Of a stretch of DNA of 64,000 bases, positions 49,778-60,600 are shown piece by piece (position 1 is the stretch's first letter; each line of letters starts with the position of its first letter). Source of the stretch: a virus. The notes under the pieces are model-generated. The model saw nothing but the letters and a program-made list of their open reading frames with translations. It had not been told where the DNA came from and ran no database searches. A program made the position numbers and the translations under genes. The DNA lies in IMG/VR virus record IMGVR_UViG_3300046713_000096, positions 36,855 through 100,854 of that record; one strand, 5' to 3'.

Positions 49778-50587
49778 TCAACGGGTCGCCCTAGATAGCG
49801 CAGAGATCGCTCTGCCGCTTAGAAGTTTTCGCTCGTCAAGCAAAGTAACTACACACCGCCCATGCGCGCACACACGCGCCTTCGGCTTGGCACTCGGATT
49901 GCGTATCCACTCGCGCCCAAGCACGCTGACCGGAAATGCCTTCGTTGCGCGGTTGAAGACTTGGATCTCTTTCTCGTGCAGCTCACTCAGGCGCACGAGT
50001 CCTTTGCGCAGCTGGTATTCAGTCCACGCCATACGAGCGAGGCCAAATGCATCGGCCAAGTCTTCGGACGTCTGACGCGATGGCCTGCCCTTGCCCGAGC
50101 TCAGCGCGTTGCAGTCGCCGAAGTCCGCGCCCCATCGAGTGCGCACGCTGTCTTCGATCAAATCCTTCTGCGCCGTCGCGTCGTGCGCGACGAAGAGCTT
50201 CAGCGCAATCGGGTCGTGCAGCCTGTAGCGCGTGCCGTGCAACCACATCAGCCGGCGCGCGTGCCCGCCGATTTCGCCAATCTGGTGTGCCTGCATGTCG
50301 GCACCGAGTGCATAGTCTTCGAGAGCTACGAACCCGGGCGCCTGTGCGAGTGCAACTCGCTCGATCCACCGTGTCACCCAATCGAGTCGGATGATCGCGC
50401 GGATGTGCTTGTCAGGCTGGCGCGTCGTCGTCGGCAACTCGACCCGCTCGCCGTGCTTCTTCGCCCGAGTGACACTACCTGCCTTGTCACTGTAGAACCA
50501 AAAGTCGTCAAGCTCGCCGTCGCGCAGCTGCACGACCGCGCCATGGTTCAGGCTGATATCCCATCCCTGCACGCTGACGCTCTTCAT
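49778..50587 (-). CDS. RuvC-like Holliday junction resolvase
   Basis: GWDISL, LEDY, LKLFVAHDATAQKD and DLADAF. Confidence 0.7.
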   Translation of the reverse strand: MKSVSVQGWDISLNHGAVVQLRDGELDDFWFYSDKAGSVTRAKKHGERVELPTTTRQPDKHIRAIIRLDWVTRWIERVALAQAPGFVALEDYALGADMQAHQIGEIGGHARRLMWLHGTRYRLHDPIALKLFVAHDATAQKDLIEDSVRTRWGADFGDCNALSSGKGRPSRQTSEDLADAFGLARMAWTEYQLRKGLVRLSELHEKEIQVFNRATKAFPVSVLGREWIRNPSAKPKARVCAHGRCVVTLLDERKLLSGRAISALSRATR

Positions 50588-50795
50588 CGGCCCTCACGAC
50601 GTCCGCGCTTGGATCGTCTGCAGCTCGCGCTCTGAGAGCACGCCTTCGTCTTTCAAGCCCTGCAAGCACTCTGCACAGATCGGCTGCGCGTCGCCGTACA
50701 CGCTGTGCGTGGCGGCATTCTGGCACGGGCTTTCCTGTCCCATGCCATCCATGTCGGGCCACACCTTGATCATGCCGCACAGCGTCGTCATCGCA

Positions 50796-52667
50796 TCACA
50801 TCGCCCTTTCTAGTCGCGACACACCCTTTTCCTTCGTCACGATCAGCGTGCGCTCGAACGCCTCTGCAAGGTCCGGATCGTGCGAGATCAGAAAGATGCT
50901 TTCGCGTTCTTTGCGCAGGGCCTGAAGCAACTCGACCACGCGCTGACGCCCCTCGCCGTCGAGCCCGTCGAGGCATTCATCAAGGCACAGAATGTTGACA
51001 TGCGACCCCTCGCGCGTCCTGACCAGATCCATCAGCGCGAAGTTCGTCGCGACTTCCATTTTCTTCCACTGCCCGCCGCTTGGCGGATAGCCGTCAATCC
51101 CCTCGATCGACCACGTGATCCCGATTTCGTCGCGCAGCTCGCCGCCCTTCAGCTCGCGCTGCGTGCTGAAGTTGATCGAGATGTCCCCGCCCGCGAGCGT
51201 GAGCAAGTAGTGATTTGCCCGGTCGGTCAGAAGTGGCATGACCGTGTCGGGCGCGAACGAGGGGATCCCCGTCGGCCCGAAGCCACGCGCCCAAAACGCG
51301 AGGTGTTCGAGGTCGGTCGCGAGCGCAGCGGCCCGCGCCTTCGCTTGCTTGCGCTCGGCCTTCAGCTCGCGCACCTTGCGCTTCGCCTTCACATATGGGG
51401 CAAGGTGTGGATTCGGCGCATCCTTCAGCACACGCGCCTCGTCGGCCTTCTCGCGCGACCGGGCCACAAGCTCGCGTACGCGGTCTTTGGACGTCTCGAC
51501 CGCTGCGAGCTCTGCCGTCAGGCGCGCACGACGCTCGCCCGTGCGGCGCTGGCTCTCTTCGGCCTCGCTGACGGCCCGGTCCGCGGCTTGCTCGGCCCGT
51601 AGCGCCTCCTGCTCGGCCGCCTCTGCCTTCCGCAGCTCGGCCGTGAGCGCCTCGCCCCGCGCGACGAGCTCGGCCTTGTGGGCGGCCGCATGGCCCTTCG
51701 ACAGGTCACCTGTGCAAACGGGGCACCTGTCGCCCGTCAGGCGCGCCAGCGACTGCATGTGCGTCCGCAGCTCGGCCGCCGTGTTCGCCTTCGCCTGCCC
51801 CGCGGCCCGCGTCGCTGCGCGCTTCGTGCTGCGCGCTTCGATGGCGCTGGCGACGGTCCGCTTGCCCGCGAGCCCGAATGAGTCGATCAGCGTGAGCTCG
51901 TCGCGCTTGGCTTGCGCGTCGATGTCGCTCGCCACCGACTTCGCCTTGTCCGCGAGCTCTCGCGCGTCCGCGGTCAGCCGTGCGACACGCTGCGCAACCT
52001 CGTCGGCGTGCCCGTCCCGACTCGCGCGCAGGCCGTCGAGGTCGTGATCGTCGATGCGCTGCGTCAGGCGCGCGATGTCCGCGAGCGCAGCGGCGTGCTC
52101 TTTCTCGGCTGTGAGCCGGCGCTTCTTTGCTTCGACGTGACACAGCTCGAAGACGCCCGTGCCAAGAATGCGATGCAAGATGCCCTTGCGATCGGCGTCC
52201 TTCGTCGTCGGATACACGAACCGGTCGCGGTCGCCCTGACCGTAGAGAACCGTATTCTTGAAGCCGTGCCAGTCGACCCCGATCAGCGCATTGATCGCAC
52301 GCTGCAGGTCGCCCTTCGAAGCGCTGACCTGCTCGCCGTTCTTTTCGAGATGCAGCTTCGGCGCTTGCTTCCAGCGCTCACGCACCACGCTGTACGCGTC
52401 CGAGCCGTCGACGATGTTCACGACCACGCGCGCCGACTTCGTGCCGCGACGAATCACCTTGTCGCCCGGTTCGCCGTCGATGGCCTCGCCGTACAGACCC
52501 CATCCGAGCGCCTTGAACAGGCCCGACTTGCACGCGCCGTTGCTCGTCGCCGCTTCGGTGTCTCGGTTGTCACCGATGACGAACACGAGCCCTTGCTTCG
52601 CGAGCGTCCAGTCGAACGACTCGAAGCCGGCGAAGTTCTCGGCTTGCACGCTAACTAGCCTCGCCAT
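50796..52667 (-). CDS. sbcC: SbcC/Rad50-like ATPase
   Basis: ENF, variant Walker A (NGACKS), zinc hook CPVC, SGGQ signature, LDECLDGLD and ISH. Confidence 0.9.
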   Translation of the reverse strand: MARLVSVQAENFAGFESFDWTLAKQGLVFVIGDNRDTEAATSNGACKSGLFKALGWGLYGEAIDGEPGDKVIRRGTKSARVVVNIVDGSDAYSVVRERWKQAPKLHLEKNGEQVSASKGDLQRAINALIGVDWHGFKNTVLYGQGDRDRFVYPTTKDADRKGILHRILGTGVFELCHVEAKKRRLTAEKEHAAALADIARLTQRIDDHDLDGLRASRDGHADEVAQRVARLTADARELADKAKSVASDIDAQAKRDELTLIDSFGLAGKRTVASAIEARSTKRAATRAAGQAKANTAAELRTHMQSLARLTGDRCPVCTGDLSKGHAAAHKAELVARGEALTAELRKAEAAEQEALRAEQAADRAVSEAEESQRRTGERRARLTAELAAVETSKDRVRELVARSREKADEARVLKDAPNPHLAPYVKAKRKVRELKAERKQAKARAAALATDLEHLAFWARGFGPTGIPSFAPDTVMPLLTDRANHYLLTLAGGDISINFSTQRELKGGELRDEIGITWSIEGIDGYPPSGGQWKKMEVATNFALMDLVRTREGSHVNILCLDECLDGLDGEGRQRVVELLQALRKERESIFLISHDPDLAEAFERTLIVTKEKGVSRLERAM

Positions 52668-53770
52668 TCGCCCTCGACTGCTGTGAAGATGTCGCGACCA
52701 AGCCGCTTGAGCGCCTTGCGATCGAGCCCGCTCGTGTCGACCTCGACCGCGTCGACGTAGCCGGGCACCATCTGCCGCGGTGTCAGCACGCCCGAGCCCG
52801 TCGCGCTGATGTCGGCCGCTGCCAAGCGCGACACGTGGTGATACACAGGCTCGTGTATCCAGCTGGCGCGCAGGCCCTTGCTGATGAGCTCGTCGACATA
52901 GCGCTGCGCTGCGAGCTGTCGCTTCACGAGTTTCGCGTGCGTGCAGCGCAAGAGCACGCGCACGTAGTCGCCGTGCCGTGCCTTGAGCCCGTCGCCGTCA
53001 CCCAAGCGCACCGTGTGGAAGCGCGGCGCACCGCCGTCGACGAAAGCTTCTTTGCGCCCCGACTCGTTCCACTCGTAGATCCAAAACCCCGCGGCGCGCC
53101 CGACGTCGTCGTAGCGATGATGCATCGGGGCCCCGAGGTAGCGCCCATTGCGCTTGCGCCCGAACGTTTGCGGGTCGTGGAAGTGCCCTGACAGCACGTA
53201 GTCGAACCGCTCGCACAGCTCGGTCGCTTCGAGCCCCTGACCGTCTTCGCATGTCCAGCCGCCATGTGTGCAGCCCACGATCGAGTTATGCATCAAGAGC
53301 ACGTTCGTGCCCGCGCCCGGCTTCATCGCTTCAAGCGCTGCGCGCGTGCGTTCGAGCGGGCTAAATTCCATCGGCCAAAACGTCAGCCACTCGCGCGGGC
53401 TATACGGTTCGCCCGTGCGCATGTAGTTGCAACGCTCGATCACGCTCAGCGCCTCGACCGTGAAGCGCTCGCCCCGCGTGTTCACGCCGTCATGATTGCC
53501 CGGCACGATGTACACAGGCGCTGGCGCGTCCGCCATGATGTGACACGTCTCGGCCAGCGTGATCGCATCGGTGCGCGAGTGATCGAACAGGTCGCCCTGC
53601 ACGTAGATCGCTTCGCACCGGGCGCGTTCAGCTGCCACGTACACGCGCCGCCACATCTTCAGCTGATCGGCGAGCCGGTCGGTCACACCACGCTTGTCCG
53701 ACTGCTTGGCATGGGGCAGCGAGTTGCTCATGTGGATGTCGCTGATGTGCAGCGACCGATACGCGCTCAT
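52655..53770 (-). CDS. sbcD: SbcD/Mre11-like nuclease
   Basis: SDIH, GDLFD, PGNHD and SGHFH. Confidence 0.9.
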   Translation of the reverse strand: MSAYRSLHISDIHMSNSLPHAKQSDKRGVTDRLADQLKMWRRVYVAAERARCEAIYVQGDLFDHSRTDAITLAETCHIMADAPAPVYIVPGNHDGVNTRGERFTVEALSVIERCNYMRTGEPYSPREWLTFWPMEFSPLERTRAALEAMKPGAGTNVLLMHNSIVGCTHGGWTCEDGQGLEATELCERFDYVLSGHFHDPQTFGRKRNGRYLGAPMHHRYDDVGRAAGFWIYEWNESGRKEAFVDGGAPRFHTVRLGDGDGLKARHGDYVRVLLRCTHAKLVKRQLAAQRYVDELISKGLRASWIHEPVYHHVSRLAAADISATGSGVLTPRQMVPGYVDAVEVDTSGLDRKALKRLGRDIFTAVEGEWRG

Positions 53771-54867
53771 GCTGCGAGCTCCCATCCCATGCGCTTGTAG
53801 AAGAGCTCGACGAGCTTGGCGCGAAGCTTCGGCCGTGCGCGTAGCGCCCGCGCTGCGCCCGCGTAGCCCGTCCCGAGCTCGACCTTCCCGATCGTCAGCG
53901 CGCCCTTCTTGCGTTTCTTCACGAGGCCCATGTCTTCGAGCTGCACCACGAGGCTGTGCTCGTAGTCAATGCCGCGATTCCAGTAGATCGCGAACTTCGC
54001 TTTTTTGAACGGCGGCCCGACCTGATTCTTCTTGCACTCTGTCTCGATCGAGCTGCCGATCTTGCTCTTCTCGCCGTCCTTCTCGGTGCCCGTGCGCGTC
54101 ACGTACACGATCAGACTGGCGTAGAACCGCGGCGCGTTGCCGCCCGCCATCTCTTCGTCTGACCCAAACATCACGTTCATCTTCTTGCGCACCTGCGAGA
54201 CGAACACGAGTGCGACGTGTTCGGTTTCCAGCGCCTCGACAATCGATGGCAGCTCTTCAGACCAGATCCGCGCTTCAGCCGGATAGCGCTTCTTGCCCGT
54301 CGGCGTTTCCAGCGTCTCGAACGCCTTGCACGCGTTCAGGCTGTCGACGATGATCACGAACGGCACTGCGACCTTCGTCTTCTTGCGGATCTCTCGCGCG
54401 CGCCGAATCGTCGCCTTGATGATCTCGATCACCGCTTCGAGCGTCTTGCACGTCGGCAACGCGAGCCGCCCGAGATCGACCCCGAGCTTCTGCGCATAGT
54501 CCGGATCGAGCTTGTGCTCTTTGTCGATGTACACAGCGATCCCGCCCCTGCGCTGCGCTTCGGCGCACAGGTGCAGCCCGATCGTCGTTTTGCCCGACCC
54601 TTCCTTGCCGTGCAGAATCGAAATGCGCGACAGCGGGAAACCTCCCCGGCTGATGGCTGCGTCGAGCGTCGCGCTGTGCGTCGACAACACGCCACGAACG
54701 CGCTTGCTGAACGCCTTGTCGCCCAACATGCGCACAGCCCCGGGCGCTGTGCTCGCGACTTCCTTGTCGCCAGCCATGCCGGCGAGGAAGTCCGCGACGA
54801 TGTCGCTCGGGGATTCGAGCCGAGCCTTGCGCTTCGTCGGCTTCTTCTTCGTGGTCGTTTTCGCCAT
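53767..54867 (-). CDS. recA: RecA/UvsX-like recombinase
   Basis: GKEGSGKTT, LDPDYAQKLGVD, IIVDSL, SQVR, GGNAPRFYAS and KNQVGPPFK. Confidence 0.92.
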   Translation of the reverse strand: MAKTTTKKKPTKRKARLESPSDIVADFLAGMAGDKEVASTAPGAVRMLGDKAFSKRVRGVLSTHSATLDAAISRGGFPLSRISILHGKEGSGKTTIGLHLCAEAQRRGGIAVYIDKEHKLDPDYAQKLGVDLGRLALPTCKTLEAVIEIIKATIRRAREIRKKTKVAVPFVIIVDSLNACKAFETLETPTGKKRYPAEARIWSEELPSIVEALETEHVALVFVSQVRKKMNVMFGSDEEMAGGNAPRFYASLIVYVTRTGTEKDGEKSKIGSSIETECKKNQVGPPFKKAKFAIYWNRGIDYEHSLVVQLEDMGLVKKRKKGALTIGKVELGTGYAGAARALRARPKLRAKLVELFYKRMGWELAA

Positions 54868-54942
54868 AAGCAAAGGGGCCGCCCGCACTGGCTCGGCCCC
54901 TTTCTCCCTTCGGTGGTTACGTCAGCGAGGCACTGCGACTAC

Positions 54943-56652
54943 CTACTTCTTCGAGCCCTTCTTCGCGGACTTCTTGTCAGCTTTCTTGCTGCCACTGCTC
55001 GCGGCCTTCTTGTCGACGGCCTTCTTGTCGGCTTTCTTCTTGTCCACTTTCTTCGCGCCCTTCTTGCCCTTCTTGGGCTCGTCGTCTTCGTCTTCGTCGT
55101 CGTCTTCGTCCAGGCCCGCGATCGCTTCGTCGAGATCGTCGAGGCCCAAGTCGTCATCTTCGTCGTCGGACTTTTTCTTGCCCTTCGACTTTGACTTGTC
55201 GTCGCCCTTGCTCGACTTGGCGGCCTTGCCCGGCTTGCTCGGCGCGCCCTTCGCACCCTTCTTGGGCTCGTCGTCTTCGTCGGCCTCGTCGTCGTCTTCG
55301 TCGTCTTCGTCGACATCTTCGTCGTCGTCTTCGTCGTCGTCTTCGTCGTCGGCCTTCTTGCTGCTCTTGCCCTTCGGCTTCGGCTTCGACTTGGCGCCCT
55401 TCTTGCCCTTCGGCTCGTCGTCGGCGTCTTCGTCGTCGTCTTCGTCGTCGGCGTCTTCGTCGTCGTCGCCGTCTTCGTCGTCGTCGTCGTCGGCCGCCTT
55501 CTTGCTCTTGCCCTTCGTCGGCTTGGCGGCGGCCTTCTTGCCCTTCTTGGGCTCGTCGTCGTCGTCTTCGTCGTCGGCGTCTTCGTCGTCTTCGTCGTCT
55601 TCGTCGGCCTCGTCGTCGCCGTCTTCGTCGTCATCTTCGTCGTCGTCTTCGTCGCGCGACGACTTCTTGCCTTTGGCGCCCTTCTTGCCCTTCGGCTCGT
55701 CGTCTTCGTCGTCATCGTCATCGTCTTCGTCGTCGTCTTCGTCGTCGAGCTCGTCTTCGTCGTCGCGCTCGTCTTCCTCGTCGTCGTCGACCTTCTTACC
55801 CTTGCTGCCCTTGGCGCCTTTTCCCATGCGAGACTTTCCCTTTCCGCTATCGTCGTCGTCCGCGTCGTCATCGACTTCGACGCCCTTGATGATCGCGGTC
55901 ACCTCGTCGGGTGACTTGATCATGTTGCCCACCACGCGAAACAGGTCGCAGTCGCCGCCCTCTGCCATCGCCTTCGCGATCGCTGCGCGCGTTGCCTTCG
56001 GCAGCTTGCGAGGCGACTTCGCCGTTTCCTGATCGACCTTCACGTCGTACTTGGTCTGACGGCCCTTGCCGCCCTTGATGACACGAATCAGCACCGCGGC
56101 CCGCGGGTCGCTGATGTCACCGTTGTCGAAAAAGCACTCCATGATCCCGTCGAAGATCTGCTTGCCGACCATGGCGACAAGCGGCTCGCCCTGCTTGTCG
56201 TGCTCTTGCCAGTCGCTCGATGACTTCTTCCGGAAGCCGAGCGGCGTCACGCCCCACAGGTATTTTGTTTGCGGGCGAGACTCGTCGGCCTCTTCGTCTG
56301 AAAACGTCTTTCCACCGTCGAGCGCGCGCTTCATCGGGCACTTGCCCGTCAGCTGCACCTTGCGCTTTTCGAGCACCTTGACGACGAACGGGTGTTCGAT
56401 GATGGGATTCGTCTCAGGATCGAGCCCGACCACCATGCGGTTATTCTTGCCGACGCCGTAGTGCACAGTGACCGGGGCGTAGTTCTTGCCCTTCGTCAGC
56501 TCGTGCTTGTCGTTGTCGCGACAGGGTGGGTGGACGTACAGCAGCGTCTCGCCGATCTCGAAATTCAGATACTCGCCGCCGCCGCGCTGTTGCTCTTCGT
56601 AGCCCTTGCGCATCGCGCCCATGTCAACGCCACTGCCATCACCACGTGCCAT
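54943..56652 (-). CDS. Putative ssDNA-binding protein with a very long acidic/basic tail
   Basis: Globular N-domain of about 260 aa followed by about 300 aa of alternating D/E and K-rich blocks; next to recA. Confidence 0.6.
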   Translation of the reverse strand: MARGDGSGVDMGAMRKGYEEQQRGGGEYLNFEIGETLLYVHPPCRDNDKHELTKGKNYAPVTVHYGVGKNNRMVVGLDPETNPIIEHPFVVKVLEKRKVQLTGKCPMKRALDGGKTFSDEEADESRPQTKYLWGVTPLGFRKKSSSDWQEHDKQGEPLVAMVGKQIFDGIMECFFDNGDISDPRAAVLIRVIKGGKGRQTKYDVKVDQETAKSPRKLPKATRAAIAKAMAEGGDCDLFRVVGNMIKSPDEVTAIIKGVEVDDDADDDDSGKGKSRMGKGAKGSKGKKVDDDEEDERDDEDELDDEDDDEDDDDDDEDDEPKGKKGAKGKKSSRDEDDDEDDDEDGDDEADEDDEDDEDADDEDDDDEPKKGKKAAAKPTKGKSKKAADDDDDEDGDDDEDADDEDDDEDADDEPKGKKGAKSKPKPKGKSSKKADDEDDDEDDDEDVDEDDEDDDEADEDDEPKKGAKGAPSKPGKAAKSSKGDDKSKSKGKKKSDDEDDDLGLDDLDEAIAGLDEDDDEDEDDEPKKGKKGAKKVDKKKADKKAVDKKAASSGSKKADKKSAKKGSKK

Positions 56653-56656
56653 AGGA

Positions 56657-57298
56657 TTACCTCTTGTCTTTGTTGTTGCGGCGCTTGCCGTTGTTGATCT
56701 CTTGCATGCGGCGCTCACGTTCATCGGACGACGAGCGCCGCACGTCACGCGATGGTGAAACTACTTCGTCGTCATCGCGGTCGCTGCCTTTGCCCGATAG
56801 ATTCCAGCCGCGGCGCCCTTCGCGCGGTGTCTCGGGTGTCGTCATGCCCTGCGCACCGAGCTCTGAACGCACTTTCGCGCCCCTGCTCTGCAGCTGGTTC
56901 GCCTTCTTGTCGAACGCGCGCACCATGGCCTCGCACAGGGCGAGGTTTTTCTCTGCCATGGCAATCGCGTCTTTGTGCTTGATGAAGCCGTCAGACACCT
57001 CGACAGCGTTCTTGACCTTCCACTCGGGCAGCTTCGGATCCTTGGCTAGGACGTCGCGCGTCGTCTCAGCGCGATAGCGCCGATACCACGCGTCGACCTT
57101 CGTCAGCTCGGCCTCTGCGTCGGCTGCGACCGCGCCCCAATACGCGAGCTGCGCAGCGACCCGATCCATGTCGCTCGACAGGTCGACGCTGATCGGAAGC
57201 TCGGCCCCTTCGCCCAAGATGTGCACTTCGACAGACGTGCCCATCACCTTGATCTTCTGGCGCGCGAAGCGCTCTGCGTATTCGGGTTCTGCGCTCAT
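56657..57298 (-). CDS. Coiled-coil protein, UvsY-like recombination mediator candidate
   Basis: Long helical region; lies between SSB and HU. Confidence 0.45.
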   Translation of the reverse strand: MSAEPEYAERFARQKIKVMGTSVEVHILGEGAELPISVDLSSDMDRVAAQLAYWGAVAADAEAELTKVDAWYRRYRAETTRDVLAKDPKLPEWKVKNAVEVSDGFIKHKDAIAMAEKNLALCEAMVRAFDKKANQLQSRGAKVRSELGAQGMTTPETPREGRRGWNLSGKGSDRDDDEVVSPSRDVRRSSSDERERRMQEINNGKRRNNKDKR

Positions 57299-57651
57299 TT
57301 GCGGCCCTTCTTCTTTTTCTTCTTGGGCGCTGGCGCTTCAGCTGCCGCGGCAGCTTCGGCTTCTTTGCGCTTGGCCTCGCGCTTCTTGAGAACGATATTC
57401 AGCCGGCGCTTGGCCTGATCGCTCGTTCGGAACGTGACCCGATACGTCTCGCCGTATCGGGTCGGCTTGCCGTCGTTGATCACCGGACTCTCGACCACGC
57501 GGCCCGGAAACGTCTTTCGATCGAAGCTGCCGAAGCCCGACACCCGCACCTGTTCACCTGCCTTGATGAACTGAAAGACGGCCTCGAACACGTCAGAAAC
57601 CACTTCGGCCTTTATGCCAGCCGCTTTCGCAATATCTCGGATGCCTGCCAT
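57295..57651 (-). CDS. HU/IHF-family DNA-binding protein
   Basis: GEQVRVSGFGSF...VTFRTS. Confidence 0.85.
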   Translation of the reverse strand: MAGIRDIAKAAGIKAEVVSDVFEAVFQFIKAGEQVRVSGFGSFDRKTFPGRVVESPVINDGKPTRYGETYRVTFRTSDQAKRRLNIVLKKREAKRKEAEAAAAAEAPAPKKKKKKGRK

Positions 57652-57669
57652 GTCTCTTCTCCCTTGTAT

Positions 57670-60600
57670 CTACGTGCTGACGGTCCATTCCGCTGACTGT
57701 CGCTTCAACACGCGCACTTTTCCCCCACTAAAGAAGTACGCGAGCCCCCGTTCTGAGTCTGTAGACCGTTCGAGCGGCATCGACAGAAGCCGCCCTCGTT
57801 TCACGATCTTGCGGATCGTGTGCCAGTAAGACGCGAACGCGATCACGTTGCAGAAACCGCGCTCACCGAGCAGGCCGAAAAATGCCATCAGCTCGCCCCT
57901 CGAATCGTATTTCAGACGCACATGCGTCACGACGCCCGTGAAGATCCCCGACCCGCTGCGCAGTAGCCGGGCGTTGAAGCGCCGCTTTCGTGCCTGCTCG
58001 GGGCTCGTCCAGCCGTAATCCGCTGCAGGGTGGCCACCTGCCACCAGCCTTTGCCAGAAGCCGAGCTCGACCCCGTCACGCACCGCGAGCCGGTAACGTT
58101 CGAGGTCGATCGCGAAATGCGCTTTCAGCCGGTTGTATTTCGCGTCGACCGTGGCGTGAACGATGATCGGCGTGCCCGATGGCGCCTCGATCAGTTCGTG
58201 ATGATCCTCGAAGATGTCGAAGTCGAAGCGCACGCGGAACGCCTCGCCGCTGTCGCACTCAAGATTCACGTTCGCGTACCTCGCGCCCCAAAACATCTGC
58301 TTGCGCTCGCGCTCTGTCGGCAAGTCGCCCGTGTGGAAGTCGCCGACTTGCTGCACGCGCGCGTCGATCATGAGCCCGGCCACGTACACCGATTCATTGT
58401 CGAGCTCGGCCATCGACGTCGCGTCAATGCGCGCTAGCTCGACGCCCACGTGTTCGGCCATGAACGAGCGGTATGCGTCGAGCGGATGATCGCCGAACGC
58501 CAGCGGGTTGACCTTCGCTGCGACGAGCATGCGCTCTTCGGCCGTGTAGTCTTTGGCCTTCTTCGCGCGATCCCAAAACTCGTAAATCGCTTCGCGCTTC
58601 TTGCGCTTCTTCGCAAGCGCCTTCCACAGCTCGTCAAGGTGCTCTTCGAAGAATTTCTGATTCGGGATCAGGCCCTCGAACGCGCCCGCCTTGATGAGTG
58701 TCACGACCACACCGCGATTGCACTTGCGTCGGTCGATGCGCTGCGCGAAGTCGAGGAAACTGCGGAACGGCTGATGTTCCATCACCGTCGCCGCTGCGCC
58801 CTTGCCGACCCCTTTGATGTCGCTCAGCGACCCGCGGATATGCCCGTCAGGATCGATGCTGAATACGTCTTTGCTGAGCGACACGTGAGGGGGAAGAATC
58901 GAGATGCCCGCGCGCTTGGCCTCTTTCGCGAGCGCCTTCAGGTGTGGCCGATCGTCTTCGTTGCGCATCAGCGCCCAAAAGAATTCTGTCAGGTAGTACA
59001 CCTTCAGGTACTGACACCAATAGGCGATCGTTGCGTACGCCGTGGCATGGCTCTTGTTGAAGCCGTACGCGCCGAACGCCTCAATCGCACCGAAGAGCTT
59101 CGTCGCAAGCTTCGGTGCAATGCCATGCAGCGATCCGCAGCCAGCCACGAAGTCAGGGCGCGCGACCTTGAGCTCTTCAGCCTTCTTCTTGCCGATGGCC
59201 TTGCGCAGCTCGTCGGCTCGGCCCGGCGTGAAGCCGGCGAGCTCTGTAAAGATCTTGATCACGTGTTCTTGGTACACGATGATCCCGAGCGTCTCTGCGC
59301 AGATCTTGTTGACGATCGGGTGGTAGTCGACCTCGTCGCGCTTGCTCGGATCCTTCTTGCGCACGAGGTAGCGCTCAGCGAGGCCCGAGCGTGTCGCGCC
59401 CGGGCGATTGAGCGCTGTCATCGCTGCGATGTCTTCGAAGTCTTCGAACACGACCCCGTCGCAGATCTTGTACGCGCTCGGGGTGTCGTACTGAAACACG
59501 CCCGAGAAGTCGTGCGCCGTGAAGCGTTCGAGCACCTTCGGATCGTTCATCTCGATCCGTTCCATGTCGAGCGAGACGCCGTGTCGCTCACGCACCGCGT
59601 TCACGCAGTCGCGGATCACGGTCAACGTCTTGAGCCCGAGCACATCGAGCTTCACGAGCCCGACCGATGCGATCTCGTTCATGTCGATCGCCGACACGAC
59701 GACCTTCTCGCCCTTGTGGTTGCGGATTTCGAGCGGGATCAGATCGGTCAGTGGCTTCGGGCTAACGACCACGCCCGCGGCATGGATGCCGAGCGTCTTG
59801 GCCATGCCTTCGAGAAGCTTCGCGTACTGCTTGACCTTCGGGTATCGCGCGTCGAAGCGTTTGCACGCCTCGAACTCGTCGAAGCTCTTTTCGAGCGTGC
59901 GGAACTCGTCGGGGTGCCCGTCGGGCAGCTCCATGATCGAAGGCGAAACCGCGTTCACTTCGGGCAGCGGCACGCCGATCACACGCGCGACGTCGCGCAA
60001 GACGCTTTTGCCCGACAGCCGGCCAACCGTTGCGATCTGACACACCTTGTCACGCCCGTACTTGCCGACCAAGTAGTCGATCACCTCGCGCCGACGCGAG
60101 TCTTCGAAGTCCATGTCGATGTCGGGCAAGTCGTGGCGGTCCGGATTGATGAAGCGCTCGAACAGTAGGCCATGCTCGATCGGGTCGATCCCTGTGATGC
60201 CGAGCAGGTACGCGACGAGCGATCCGCCCGCGCTGCCACGGCCCGGCCCGCAGAAGATGCCCTCGCCCCGCGCGAACTTATACAGGTCGCGCACGACCAG
60301 AAAGTAAGGGATCAGCTTCTGACGCTTGAGCGCTGCGAGCTCGACCTTCAGGCGCTCGATGTAGCGCCCGAGCGCGTCGCCCGTGCGCACGCCGTGCTTG
60401 TGCGCGTACGAACGAGCGCGCGCAGGGATGGCGCGCCACGTCCAGCCGTCGAGGCACAGATCCTTCAGAAACTTGAACTCGTCGCCCTCGTACTTCTTCG
60501 GCATGCCAGGATTCGGCAAGAGCGCGCGCAGGTAGTCGATCTCGATCTTGACGTCGCTTCGTTCAGCGAGCTCGACCGTGGAATTCAGCGCCTCGCGGAT

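Noticed and set aside
54512-56032. 506-aa Ser-rich plus-strand ORF and 310-aa Thr-rich alternative frame
   Set aside because: These are shadow frames of the GAC/GAA/AAG repeats in the acidic-tail gene.
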